Below are positions 46,633 through 55,216 of a stretch of DNA of 64,000 bases, one piece after another. Numbering within the stretch: position 1 is the first letter of the stretch; the number at the start of each line of letters is the position of its first letter. The DNA comes from Candidatus Nomurabacteria bacterium (GTDB lineage Bacteria > Patescibacteriota > Patescibacteriia > HK-STAS-PATE-3), in NCBI GenBank assembly GCA_023898465.1, contig CP060223.1:576001-640000 (forward strand), in the 5' to 3' direction. The notes under the pieces are model-generated. The model worked only from the letters and a program-made list of their open reading frames with translations, searched no databases and had not been told where the DNA came from. The position numbers and the translations under genes are program-made.

Positions 46633-47871
46633 TTAGCGCTTTCTTTGATGAAGAAGGAGTTTCCAGGATAGCTTCTCGGTATACTCCATTGAGCCAATGC
46701 GAAACATCGCAAAAGCAAGATACAGACCAATCACAATGTAGAGGAACACTGCAGCAACGCCTAGGAGTAATTCCCCTATTCCTATTGCATCCACTGATGA
46801 ACGGAATAAGAGAACGAGCGGTGCGGTGAATGGAAAAAAGCTAAAGAAGCGAGCAATAGATCCACCAGGATCAGTCGCTAAAATACTCGCGAGATAAATC
46901 GGCAGAATTGAAAGCATAATAAAGATCGAGGAAAACTGTTGCGCATCTCGATAGTTTGGCATTGCCGCACCCACGCCAACCATAATACTCGCAATGAAGA
47001 AGAAGCCGGAAAAAACAAAGTACAGAGCAATAAGTATTTGTCCAAAGGAAATGTGAACCATTGACCAATTAATGTCGATCAGGGTTGCACTAGACACCAT
47101 GCCAATAGCGAGAATAATAGCGCTCAGAGTGAGGAGTTGTGTAAGCGCCACTGCGGTGAGTCCAAGCAACTTCCCCCATAACAATGTCCGCATTGGCACG
47201 ATTGAGCGAACAATCTCAATCATGCGATTTTCCTTTTCCTCAGAAATACTCATCAACATATAACTTGAGGACATCATCACGAGCAGGAAGTATATTACGA
47301 CAGCCACGATCGGCAGAACCAAGCTCTCAATTCCTCCTTGCACAACATCGCCGTCTTTGTAGAGTGTATGCGTTACCGCTATATCACTGTTAAATAACTC
47401 TATTTCCTGGTTATCACCTACTTTAGAAAGTATGCTTTGCTTTAATAAGTTTTTTGCTAAGTCATCAAAACGCCCGCGAGTTGCAAAGCTGGTATCCTCA
47501 ACCACCAACTCAACTTGTTTCGTCTCAGTCACATTTGCAGGCACAATAATCGCTGCATCCGCCTGCTTGTCTTGAACTGCGCTCCGGGCAGCGCTTGCAT
47601 CCATCGTCGAAACAATGGCACCCTGATAGTACTCTGGAAGAATAATCCCTGACTCATCAACAACGAGTATCTCTTTAGCATTTTTTACTTGCTCTTGGAT
47701 TTTCTTTTCTGCTGAACTGGCCGAGAGAGTTGATACGAGTAAGAGCACTACATAGAGCGCCGGAATAAGGAATATGACTGCCCAAAAAGATTTTTTGCGA
47801 ACAATTTTCCACCACTCCCGAAACGCAATAATCCAAAGCTTAGATTGCATTGTCTTGTTGGATACGAACAA
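46633..47871 (-). CDS. ABC-2 family transporter permease
   Basis: N-terminal TM, large extracytoplasmic loop, then about 5 C-terminal TM helices. Adjacent to an ABC ATPase. Confidence 0.6.
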   Translation of the reverse strand: MFVSNKTMQSKLWIIAFREWWKIVRKKSFWAVIFLIPALYVVLLLVSTLSASSAEKKIQEQVKNAKEILVVDESGIILPEYYQGAIVSTMDASAARSAVQDKQADAAIIVPANVTETKQVELVVEDTSFATRGRFDDLAKNLLKQSILSKVGDNQEIELFNSDIAVTHTLYKDGDVVQGGIESLVLPIVAVVIYFLLVMMSSSYMLMSISEEKENRMIEIVRSIVPMRTLLWGKLLGLTAVALTQLLTLSAIILAIGMVSSATLIDINWSMVHISFGQILIALYFVFSGFFFIASIMVGVGAAMPNYRDAQQFSSIFIMLSILPIYLASILATDPGGSIARFFSFFPFTAPLVLLFRSSVDAIGIGELLLGVAAVFLYIVIGLYLAFAMFRIGSMEYTEKLSWKLLLHQRKR

Positions 47872-48742
47872 AAATTTCCTGCAATGAAGGTAGAGCTAAG
47901 GAAAAATGAGAAACTGCAACATTTTGCTCAATTAAATAGCGCAGCACACTCTCTGGATTTACTTCAGGGCGTAAGGTTAACCGCGCAGCATCATTACCAA
48001 GCTCCACTTCATACAATTCTGCATTCCTTGGAAAATCACCCTTATAGCGTACATCCACCATTCGCTCACCAAAGCTTTCCTTCACTTCTCGGACACCTCC
48101 GTAGAGGACGCGCTTGCCATTCTTTAACATAACTAATCGATCGGCAATCCGTTCTACCTCATCCATGAGGTGAGTAATGAAGACTATGGTACTCCCCTGC
48201 GCTTTTAATCCATCCAACAAATCCATAAGTAGTGATCGGTTCACAGGGTCTAAGCCGCGGGTCGGCTCATCAAGTATGAGCAACTTTGGCTGATTAAGTA
48301 TGGCAATGCCTAGCTGTACCTTTTGCTGCTGTCCAGAAGAGAGACGCTTAATGCGCTCGTTCTTCTTATCAATCAGACCCACACGCTCTAAATATTCTTC
48401 GCTCTGCTTCTTAGCTTCCATTGAGCTCATCCCTCGCAGCTCGCCAAAATACTTGAGCGTCTCATATACACTCGCATCTGAATACAACCCCCGCTCCTCT
48501 GGGAGATAACCAACTTTCGGTGCCAGGGCTGGACCATAGTCTTGGTCAAAAATCCTCATGACACCCTTACTCGGCGTAAGTAAACCTAAGAGGCAACGAA
48601 TAGTCGTTGTCTTACCTGATCCGTTTGCACCGAGAAAAGCAAAGGTCTCTCCTGCGCCAACCTCAAAAGAGAGGTCACGAACAACCTCTTTTGATCCAAA
48701 TGATTTTGCAAAACCTTCGATGCGAATAACTGAATCACTCAT
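47840..48742 (-). CDS. ABC transporter ATP-binding protein
   Basis: Walker A GANGSGKTT, signature LSSGQQQKV, Walker B LILDEPT. Confidence 0.88.
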   Translation of the reverse strand: MSDSVIRIEGFAKSFGSKEVVRDLSFEVGAGETFAFLGANGSGKTTTIRCLLGLLTPSKGVMRIFDQDYGPALAPKVGYLPEERGLYSDASVYETLKYFGELRGMSSMEAKKQSEEYLERVGLIDKKNERIKRLSSGQQQKVQLGIAILNQPKLLILDEPTRGLDPVNRSLLMDLLDGLKAQGSTIVFITHLMDEVERIADRLVMLKNGKRVLYGGVREVKESFGERMVDVRYKGDFPRNAELYEVELGNDAARLTLRPEVNPESVLRYLIEQNVAVSHFSLALPSLQEIFVRIQQDNAI

Positions 48743-48803
48743 ATGCTTCCACGCTTCACCGTAACAAGCATAGCCTAACAAAACAGACCGAAAGATTCAA
48801 GTA

Positions 48804-49178
48804 CTAGACGCCGAGTTTCGTTTTCACTTTTTCAACTAAATCTTCTAGCTTCCAGTCTGCCTTTACGAGAAAATCAAAAACCTTATTCTCAAGCGCTTTC
48901 TGCACTTTGTCAGCATCATTTAAGTTGGTCAACATCATAACCGGCACGTCGCTCCCCCACTCATCATCCCGTAATTGTGACAACATGGTAATCCCATCCA
49001 TCTTAGGCATGACAATATCGAGCAGAATGAGGTCAGGATGTTCCTGCATTGCTACTGATAGTCCCTGTATACCATCACTAGCTCGAAGCACTGTAAACTT
49101 TTCATGCTCTAACTTATCACCGAGTGCCCGAAGTAATGCTGAATCATCTTCAACAACGAGAATTTTTTTTACTGGCAT
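48804..49178 (-). CDS. Single-domain response regulator (receiver only), paralog 1
   Basis: ILVVEDD...DLILLDIVMPKMDGITM...MMLTNL. 124 aa. Confidence 0.8.
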   Translation of the reverse strand: MPVKKILVVEDDSALLRALGDKLEHEKFTVLRASDGIQGLSVAMQEHPDLILLDIVMPKMDGITMLSQLRDDEWGSDVPVMMLTNLNDADKVQKALENKVFDFLVKADWKLEDLVEKVKTKLGV

Positions 49179-49180
49179 AA

Positions 49181-49555
49181 TTATTTTAACCCTTCCTTAA
49201 TTTTTTTAATTATATCTTCTAAAGTCCATTCTGATTTCACTATAAACTGACTCACCCCGCCGGCGATTGCCTTATCTTTTTCCCCGGCATAATCTAAATT
49301 GGTCAATATCATGACTTTGACATTTTTACCCCAATCATCCTCACGGAGTTTTTCCAACATTGTCATCCCGTCCATCTTAGGCATGACAATATCGAGCAGG
49401 ATGAGATCGGGATGTTTACTAAAGGCAACATTTAAACCCGCCATACCATCAGGAGCCTCCAAGCAAGTGTACTTTTCTTTTGACAACTTTTGACAAAGCG
49501 CCTGACGAATTGACGGATCATCCTCGATAACCAGTATTGTTTTTGTACTCTGCAT
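49181..49555 (-). CDS. Single-domain response regulator (receiver only), paralog 2, tandem duplicate of the previous
   Basis: ILVIEDD...DLILLDIVMPKMDGMTM...MILTNL. 124 aa. Roughly 50% identical to its neighbour. Confidence 0.8.
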   Translation of the reverse strand: MQSTKTILVIEDDPSIRQALCQKLSKEKYTCLEAPDGMAGLNVAFSKHPDLILLDIVMPKMDGMTMLEKLREDDWGKNVKVMILTNLDYAGEKDKAIAGGVSQFIVKSEWTLEDIIKKIKEGLK

Positions 49556-49557
49556 AG

Positions 49558-49956
49558 TTACTCCTTAAGGTCTAACGAGCGCTCGATTGCATCGACAATT
49601 GCATCGAGTCGATGGTCGGTTTTAGTGAAATAATTTTGAATACCAAGTTGAAGATAGGCTTTTTGCGCATCAGCACTTGCAGTATTTGAAACGACAAAAA
49701 CTGGGATATTTTTCCAGCGGGAATCTTCAGCCTTTATCTTTGCCAGGAAATGAAGGCCATTATCACTTCCTAATAAATAATGATCTAGCCAAATCACATC
49801 AATACGATCAATCTCTTCAATGTAATGCAAGGCCTGTTCAGATGTTCGGGCGCATACTACAGAAAAATCTCGACTTTCAAGTTTTTTTTGGATTGCGCTG
49901 GCGAGAGGGCGCTCATCCTCAACTACAAGTATAACCTTATCAATTTTTTGTACCAT
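49558..49956 (-). CDS. Single-domain response regulator (receiver only), divergent third copy
   Basis: VILVVEDERPL...DVIWLDHYLLGSDNGLHFLAKIK...VFVVSN. 132 aa. Confidence 0.7.
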   Translation of the reverse strand: MVQKIDKVILVVEDERPLASAIQKKLESRDFSVVCARTSEQALHYIEEIDRIDVIWLDHYLLGSDNGLHFLAKIKAEDSRWKNIPVFVVSNTASADAQKAYLQLGIQNYFTKTDHRLDAIVDAIERSLDLKE

Positions 49957-49965
49957 AGCGTAATA

Positions 49966-52389
49966 TTATGAACTTATTAAACCCTTATTTCCCTGCTGTG
50001 CTCGCATACCTTTAATAGGCAGACTTACTAAAAATGTCGTACCCTTTCCCTCTTCTGAAACAAAGCTGATTTTCCCTCCGGCCATTTCTACGACCGCTTT
50101 TGCAATATAGAGACCTAGACCAGTACCGTCTGTCTCCCTTACTTTTACATTATCAGCTCGGAAAAGTTTTGTGAAGATCTTATCTTGCTGTTTCTGAGGT
50201 ATGCCATAACCGTTATCTTTAATTTCCACGATGGCATTTTTTTGTTCAAGATACATTTTAACCCAAATTTTACCTTTTTCGGGGGTATACTTTACTGCAT
50301 TGCTAAGGAGATTATCAAACACTATCTGAATCAATTTTGGATCAAGATGGATTAATGGGATCCCCTTTTTAGTTTGCATCACTAACTTAATTTCTTTTTC
50401 ATTGATCATTGGTTGAAGTAGCGACGCGCTCACTCGACACAGCTCGGTAATATCCGTTGGTTGAGGATCTACAGCTAAAGTTCCTAGCTCTATGCGAGAG
50501 ACATTTAATAATGCATTTACCAAATCCACCATGCGTTGATTACCGTGGTATATTTCCTTCACATATTCAAGCTGATTTTTTTTCAGCTTACCCACGTCAC
50601 CATCTAGCAGCATTTCAGCATACCAATTAATCGCTGAAATAGGCGTACGTAATTGATGAGAAGCTAGAGAAACAAACTCAGTTTTTGCTCGATCGATTTC
50701 TTTTTCCTTTGTAATATCTCTTTCAATACCTACAAAGAATAACACATTGTTATCGTCATCTAATACCGGACTAACTGTCACCGATGCTTCATATATCTCA
50801 CCGTTCTTGCGCTTATTTTTTACCTCACCTTTAAAAGTAAGCTTCTTTTGAAAAATTGTAGTCCAAAACTTGCTATAAAATGCTTTTGGCATGAGGCCGC
50901 CCCAAAGCTCTCGCCCACCCGCCTTCTTACCTATTATCTCATTGGCTGAAAAACCAGTTATTTTTGTTGTTGCGTCATTAGCATATACAATAATCCCATC
51001 CGGATTTGTAATTACTATTTGATCGGAAGCCTGATCTACCGCTAAGCCAAATTTCTTTAAGTCCTGAGCTAAGAGTAAGGATCGATCTTTTTCTTGCTTC
51101 ACATCCTTCAGAGACTGGGTTAGTTTAGCTTTTGATTCAGCTAAACCTTTTTTTTGACGCTCTACAAGGGTGAGATTTCGACTAAGTTCAGCGGTACGAT
51201 CTGCTACTCTTTTTTCTAAAGTACTGCGATTCTTTTCTACTACGCCACGCATTTTCTCAAACGATTTTGCTAAGAGAGAAATCTCGTTGCTTGCACTAAA
51301 ACGATTAAGCGGTAGAGGTTTTGAAAAATTATTTTGCGCTATGGCATTAGATGCCTCAGTGAGGGTGCGCAACGGTGAGGTGATAAGGCTCGCGAGCAGA
51401 AAAGTGATCGCGGTAATGGCAATAAGACTTAACACACCAATCCGAATCGCCTCATTACTAAGCACGGTGACTGGTGCGAACAAACTACTCTCCGTGTACA
51501 CAGAGATGAGCGCCCAATAACGTTCAGGATGAGCTGGGTCATAAAAAACCTTCTTCCAAGTACGGAACTCTTGATCATCGCTATCTCGCTCAATCGCCTC
51601 ATCAAACGCGGCTACACGATCCTTCATTTCTGGATGAAGTACAAAATAATTTGCTCGGTTAGGCAGGACAAAGCCGTAAAGCAAATAAGAATCCGGATGT
51701 ATAAGTATATTTCCCTCACTATCAATGAGGACCTCGTACTGAGTTTCGGTGCTTACACTTCGGAGACCTTCCTGAATAACATCATTTGCATGCAAGTTGA
51801 GCACAACATAGCCCTCAATGACTTTAGTCTCGTCGTTTCGAACCTTGGCTACAACTCTCAGCACTGGCACATAGGGCTCTTGTATTTTTCCATACGCGAT
51901 ATTTAAATCATATGGGGAAATGAAAACATCAGTATTAGAACTTTGCGCTTCCTGAAAGTACTCCCACGCTGATTCATCCTCAAGTTGAGATCCTTCTACT
52001 ATTTGAACAACCCCGTTATCTCCGTCTACACGCACCATCTCTTTGCCATCCAGATCGAGATACTTTATACGAAAAATTCTTGGGTCGGCCTTTAGAAAAG
52101 ATTGAAATATTTGTTGAGTCTCGGTAATCGCCTGAGTACGAGCCTCGTTTTCACTGCCTGGTAATTTTGTGAGGCTTGGATAATCACGCAAAGAAAGCAC
52201 AAGGCGGTAATACGTTTCTAGTTCATCTTCCACATGTACAGCCTCTGACTCCACTACCCCTTTTTCTTGTTCTAAGATTCTGGCTTCTAAATTTGTCCTA
52301 GCCTGAAAAAATACTAAAAACCCCAGCACAAGCATAGGAATAGCAGCGAGTACTAGAAATATGAGCGCAAGTCGTATTCGTATACCCAT
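49966..52389 (-). CDS. Sensor histidine kinase: TM, periplasmic sensor (Cache-like), TM, HAMP, PAS, HisKA, HATPase_c
   Basis: Two TM helices flanking a roughly 280-aa extracytoplasmic domain. H-box SHQLRTPISAI. G-boxes DNGYGIP and GTGLGLYIAK. Confidence 0.85.
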   Translation of the reverse strand: MGIRIRLALIFLVLAAIPMLVLGFLVFFQARTNLEARILEQEKGVVESEAVHVEDELETYYRLVLSLRDYPSLTKLPGSENEARTQAITETQQIFQSFLKADPRIFRIKYLDLDGKEMVRVDGDNGVVQIVEGSQLEDESAWEYFQEAQSSNTDVFISPYDLNIAYGKIQEPYVPVLRVVAKVRNDETKVIEGYVVLNLHANDVIQEGLRSVSTETQYEVLIDSEGNILIHPDSYLLYGFVLPNRANYFVLHPEMKDRVAAFDEAIERDSDDQEFRTWKKVFYDPAHPERYWALISVYTESSLFAPVTVLSNEAIRIGVLSLIAITAITFLLASLITSPLRTLTEASNAIAQNNFSKPLPLNRFSASNEISLLAKSFEKMRGVVEKNRSTLEKRVADRTAELSRNLTLVERQKKGLAESKAKLTQSLKDVKQEKDRSLLLAQDLKKFGLAVDQASDQIVITNPDGIIVYANDATTKITGFSANEIIGKKAGGRELWGGLMPKAFYSKFWTTIFQKKLTFKGEVKNKRKNGEIYEASVTVSPVLDDDNNVLFFVGIERDITKEKEIDRAKTEFVSLASHQLRTPISAINWYAEMLLDGDVGKLKKNQLEYVKEIYHGNQRMVDLVNALLNVSRIELGTLAVDPQPTDITELCRVSASLLQPMINEKEIKLVMQTKKGIPLIHLDPKLIQIVFDNLLSNAVKYTPEKGKIWVKMYLEQKNAIVEIKDNGYGIPQKQQDKIFTKLFRADNVKVRETDGTGLGLYIAKAVVEMAGGKISFVSEEGKGTTFLVSLPIKGMRAQQGNKGLISS

Positions 52390-52410
52390 AAAACCCCTCT
52401 TATGAGCTAA

Positions 52411-53094
52411 TTATCGCTCCTTTTTACGGAAATCGTAACGCAAGCAGCCCTCGCAGCTGCAATTAAGAAAATTTGTCATACTGGCTAAACGTCGACCAAG
52501 GAGCCGGGCTACCTTCTTATCGCCCTGACTCAACTTCTTCTCTCCTCGATGCCCACTTACAAAAATACCCCCATATGGACTGCCGGCATCAAAATCAACA
52601 CCCTCCCCTTGTACTGGATAAGGGATACCTACTGGAATCATGCCTAGATTTAATAAAGGAATAATCAATGAAAGTAATGTTGCTTCTTCACCAGAGTGAA
52701 TACTACCACCTGAACAGAATACTGCAGCTGGCTTATTCACCAACTTCCCCTCTAACCATATAGGTGATAAACCATCAAGGAATTGCTTCAACTGAGAAGC
52801 AAAAGAACCAAAATGCACCGGGGTTCCCAGCGCGACTCCATCAGCGTTAATAAAATCGTCTAAACTTGCTTCAGGGAACTCTTTAGTCAAGCTATTATGC
52901 ACTTTTTTTAACTTTGGGTTTTTTCGAAAAAAAGAAGCGGGCAAAAGCTCGGGAACTCTCATTACCTTCACTTCAACATCACCTATCTCTCGTGCTCCCT
53001 GCGCAATAATTTTAGCCAACTCTGCTGTCTTACCGGTAAAACTATAAAAAAGCACGAGCACTGAAAGCTTTTTTGTATGAATTTTTGTTTGCAT
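52411..53094 (-). CDS. Flavodoxin-like NAD(P)H:quinone oxidoreductase (WrbA-like)
   Basis: LVLFYSFTGKTAELAK flavodoxin-fold FMN-binding N-terminus. WrbA-like length. Confidence 0.6.
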   Translation of the reverse strand: MQTKIHTKKLSVLVLFYSFTGKTAELAKIIAQGAREIGDVEVKVMRVPELLPASFFRKNPKLKKVHNSLTKEFPEASLDDFINADGVALGTPVHFGSFASQLKQFLDGLSPIWLEGKLVNKPAAVFCSGGSIHSGEEATLLSLIIPLLNLGMIPVGIPYPVQGEGVDFDAGSPYGGIFVSGHRGEKKLSQGDKKVARLLGRRLASMTNFLNCSCEGCLRYDFRKKER

Positions 53095-53196
53095 AGATGA
53101 ATTGTAGCTTTTGCTAATAAAAAAAGCAAAATTGACTTTTTCATAAGGATAACATAAGCTCCTAATGACTTACATTTCCTACATGTATGACATAAT

Positions 53197-53448
53197 ATGA
53201 AGACCATGAAAAATACACATCATGATGCTCACCACTTCTTTGGAACGACCACGCTAGGTGAAAAAGGTCAGGTGGTAATACCGGCCGAGACGAGAAAGGC
53301 GCTGAATTTAAAGCCAGGCGACAAACTGCTAGTCTTTGGCATGGGTAAAAATATGATCACGCTGACAAAGTTTGAACAGCTCGAGAAATTTACCAATATT
53401 ATGAGCAAGCGACTCGACGGCCTGCGTAAAATCCTCCGAGACGCTTAA
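53197..53448 (+). CDS. AbrB/MazE/SpoVT-family DNA-binding protein
   Basis: Swapped-hairpin motif GQVVIPAETRKALNLKPGDKLLVF. His-rich N-terminus. 83 aa. Directly upstream of the ABC exporter pair. Confidence 0.6.
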   Translation: MKTMKNTHHDAHHFFGTTTLGEKGQVVIPAETRKALNLKPGDKLLVFGMGKNMITLTKFEQLEKFTNIMSKRLDGLRKILRDA

Positions 53449-53449
53449 T

Positions 53450-55216
53450 ATGCGCACACTCCTCCGCTTCGTCCGTCCTTATACATGGACCATAGTTTTA
53501 TTGGTTGGCTTTGTGTATGCCAGCGTGGCTGCCAACCTGGCTTTGCCCGATTATATGGCCAATATTATTAATAATGGCATTGTGGGTAAGGATATTGGCC
53601 TGGTCTGGCGAACAGGGTTGGAGATGCTCGCAATATCACTTGGTGGAGCAGCGGCCAGCTTCTTTGTTACCCTACTCGCCTCTCGTATTGCCAGTGGGTT
53701 TTCCCGTGACGTGCGAGAAGCGCTTTTTAGTAAGATCGAAAGCTTTTCTTTAAGCGAATTTAATACCTTCTCAACCGCTTCACTCATTACCCGCTCAACA
53801 AACGATGTCCAACAGTTGCAAACGGTGCTAGTCATCCTCCTACGTATGGCCCTAATGGCGCCAATTATGGGTATCTGGGCGATTATTAAAGCCTACACAA
53901 ACGCTCCGTCAATGACCTGGCTCATGGGTCTAGCAGTCGGTGTATTATTAGTGATTATTTCAGTTATTCTGGCTATTGCGATTCCGAAGTTTACTGCCCT
54001 GCAAAAGTTAGTTGATAAGTTAAACCTTGTTACTCGCGAGTTACTCACTGGACTTCGGGTTATCCGGGCCTTTCACCGCGAAGAAGCTGAGGAAACAAAA
54101 TTTGATAAAGCGAATGTTGAGCTTACGCAGCTTAACCTCTTTGTGAATCGACTCATGATCCTCCTGCAGCCAATTATGATATTCATCATGAATGTTACTA
54201 CATTGGCAATTGTTTGGTATGGCGCAAAGTTAGTTGATGCAGGAGACCTCCAAATCGGTCAAATGATTGCCTTTATGCAGTATGCCATGCAGGCCGTCTT
54301 TGCTTTCCTGTTGATCACTATGGTCTTTATTATGGTCCCTCGGGCTTCTGTCTCGGCTAAGCGCATTGGCGAAGTATTACGAACCAAGGCCACTATTCTT
54401 GACCCGGAAAAACCTGAGCAAGTTGAAAAACTGCAAAACGGAAAAGTGGAATTTGACCACGTTACCTTTTCCTACGGCCAAGCTGACACTCCTGTGCTGC
54501 ACGATATTTCCTTCACCGCTGAATCAAATCAAACCACGGCCTTTATCGGAAGTACTGGGAGCGGCAAGTCTACTTTGATCAACCTTATCCCCCGCTTTTA
54601 TGATGTGAGCTCCGGGGCTATTCGTATCGATGGTCTAGATATTCGACAACTACGCCAAGAGGATCTCTACAGTCGGATCGGTTTTGTTCCACAGAAGGGC
54701 GTCTTATTCTCCGGCACGGTGCGTAGTAATCTCACCTATGGGGCTCCAGATGCCAGTGAAGAGGAAATTCGCCGAGTTGCCCACATTGCCCAAGCTGATG
54801 AATTCATTGAGAAACTTGAAGGTGCTTATGGCGCGCCTATTTCTCAGGGCGGTACAAATGTTTCCGGTGGACAAAAACAACGCCTCTCCATCGCCCGAGC
54901 AATTCTGCATAAGCCACTCATCTATATCTTCGATGATAGTTTTTCAGCACTTGATTTCGCCACAGACGCAAAATTACGAAATGCGCTACGCAATGAGACA
55001 AGAAACAAAACGGTCTTGATTGTTGCCCAACGCATTAGCACTATTATGAATGCTGACAAGATTGTCGTGTTAAACGAAGGTCGGATTGTTGGACAAGGCA
55101 AGCACGCTGAGCTCATGGAAACTTGCCAAGTCTATCGTGAGATCGCACTATCTCAACTCTCAGAGGAAGAACTACAGGGCTCAGGAATAAAGACACTAAG
55201 TGCAGCAAACGCATGA
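53450..55216 (+). CDS. ABC exporter, fused permease-ATPase (type I exporter), subunit 1 of a heterodimeric pair
   Basis: Six TM helices then an NBD with Walker A GSTGSGKST, signature VSGGQKQRLSIARA and Walker B IYIFDDSFSALD. Confidence 0.88.
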   Translation: MRTLLRFVRPYTWTIVLLVGFVYASVAANLALPDYMANIINNGIVGKDIGLVWRTGLEMLAISLGGAAASFFVTLLASRIASGFSRDVREALFSKIESFSLSEFNTFSTASLITRSTNDVQQLQTVLVILLRMALMAPIMGIWAIIKAYTNAPSMTWLMGLAVGVLLVIISVILAIAIPKFTALQKLVDKLNLVTRELLTGLRVIRAFHREEAEETKFDKANVELTQLNLFVNRLMILLQPIMIFIMNVTTLAIVWYGAKLVDAGDLQIGQMIAFMQYAMQAVFAFLLITMVFIMVPRASVSAKRIGEVLRTKATILDPEKPEQVEKLQNGKVEFDHVTFSYGQADTPVLHDISFTAESNQTTAFIGSTGSGKSTLINLIPRFYDVSSGAIRIDGLDIRQLRQEDLYSRIGFVPQKGVLFSGTVRSNLTYGAPDASEEEIRRVAHIAQADEFIEKLEGAYGAPISQGGTNVSGGQKQRLSIARAILHKPLIYIFDDSFSALDFATDAKLRNALRNETRNKTVLIVAQRISTIMNADKIVVLNEGRIVGQGKHAELMETCQVYREIALSQLSEEELQGSGIKTLSAANA

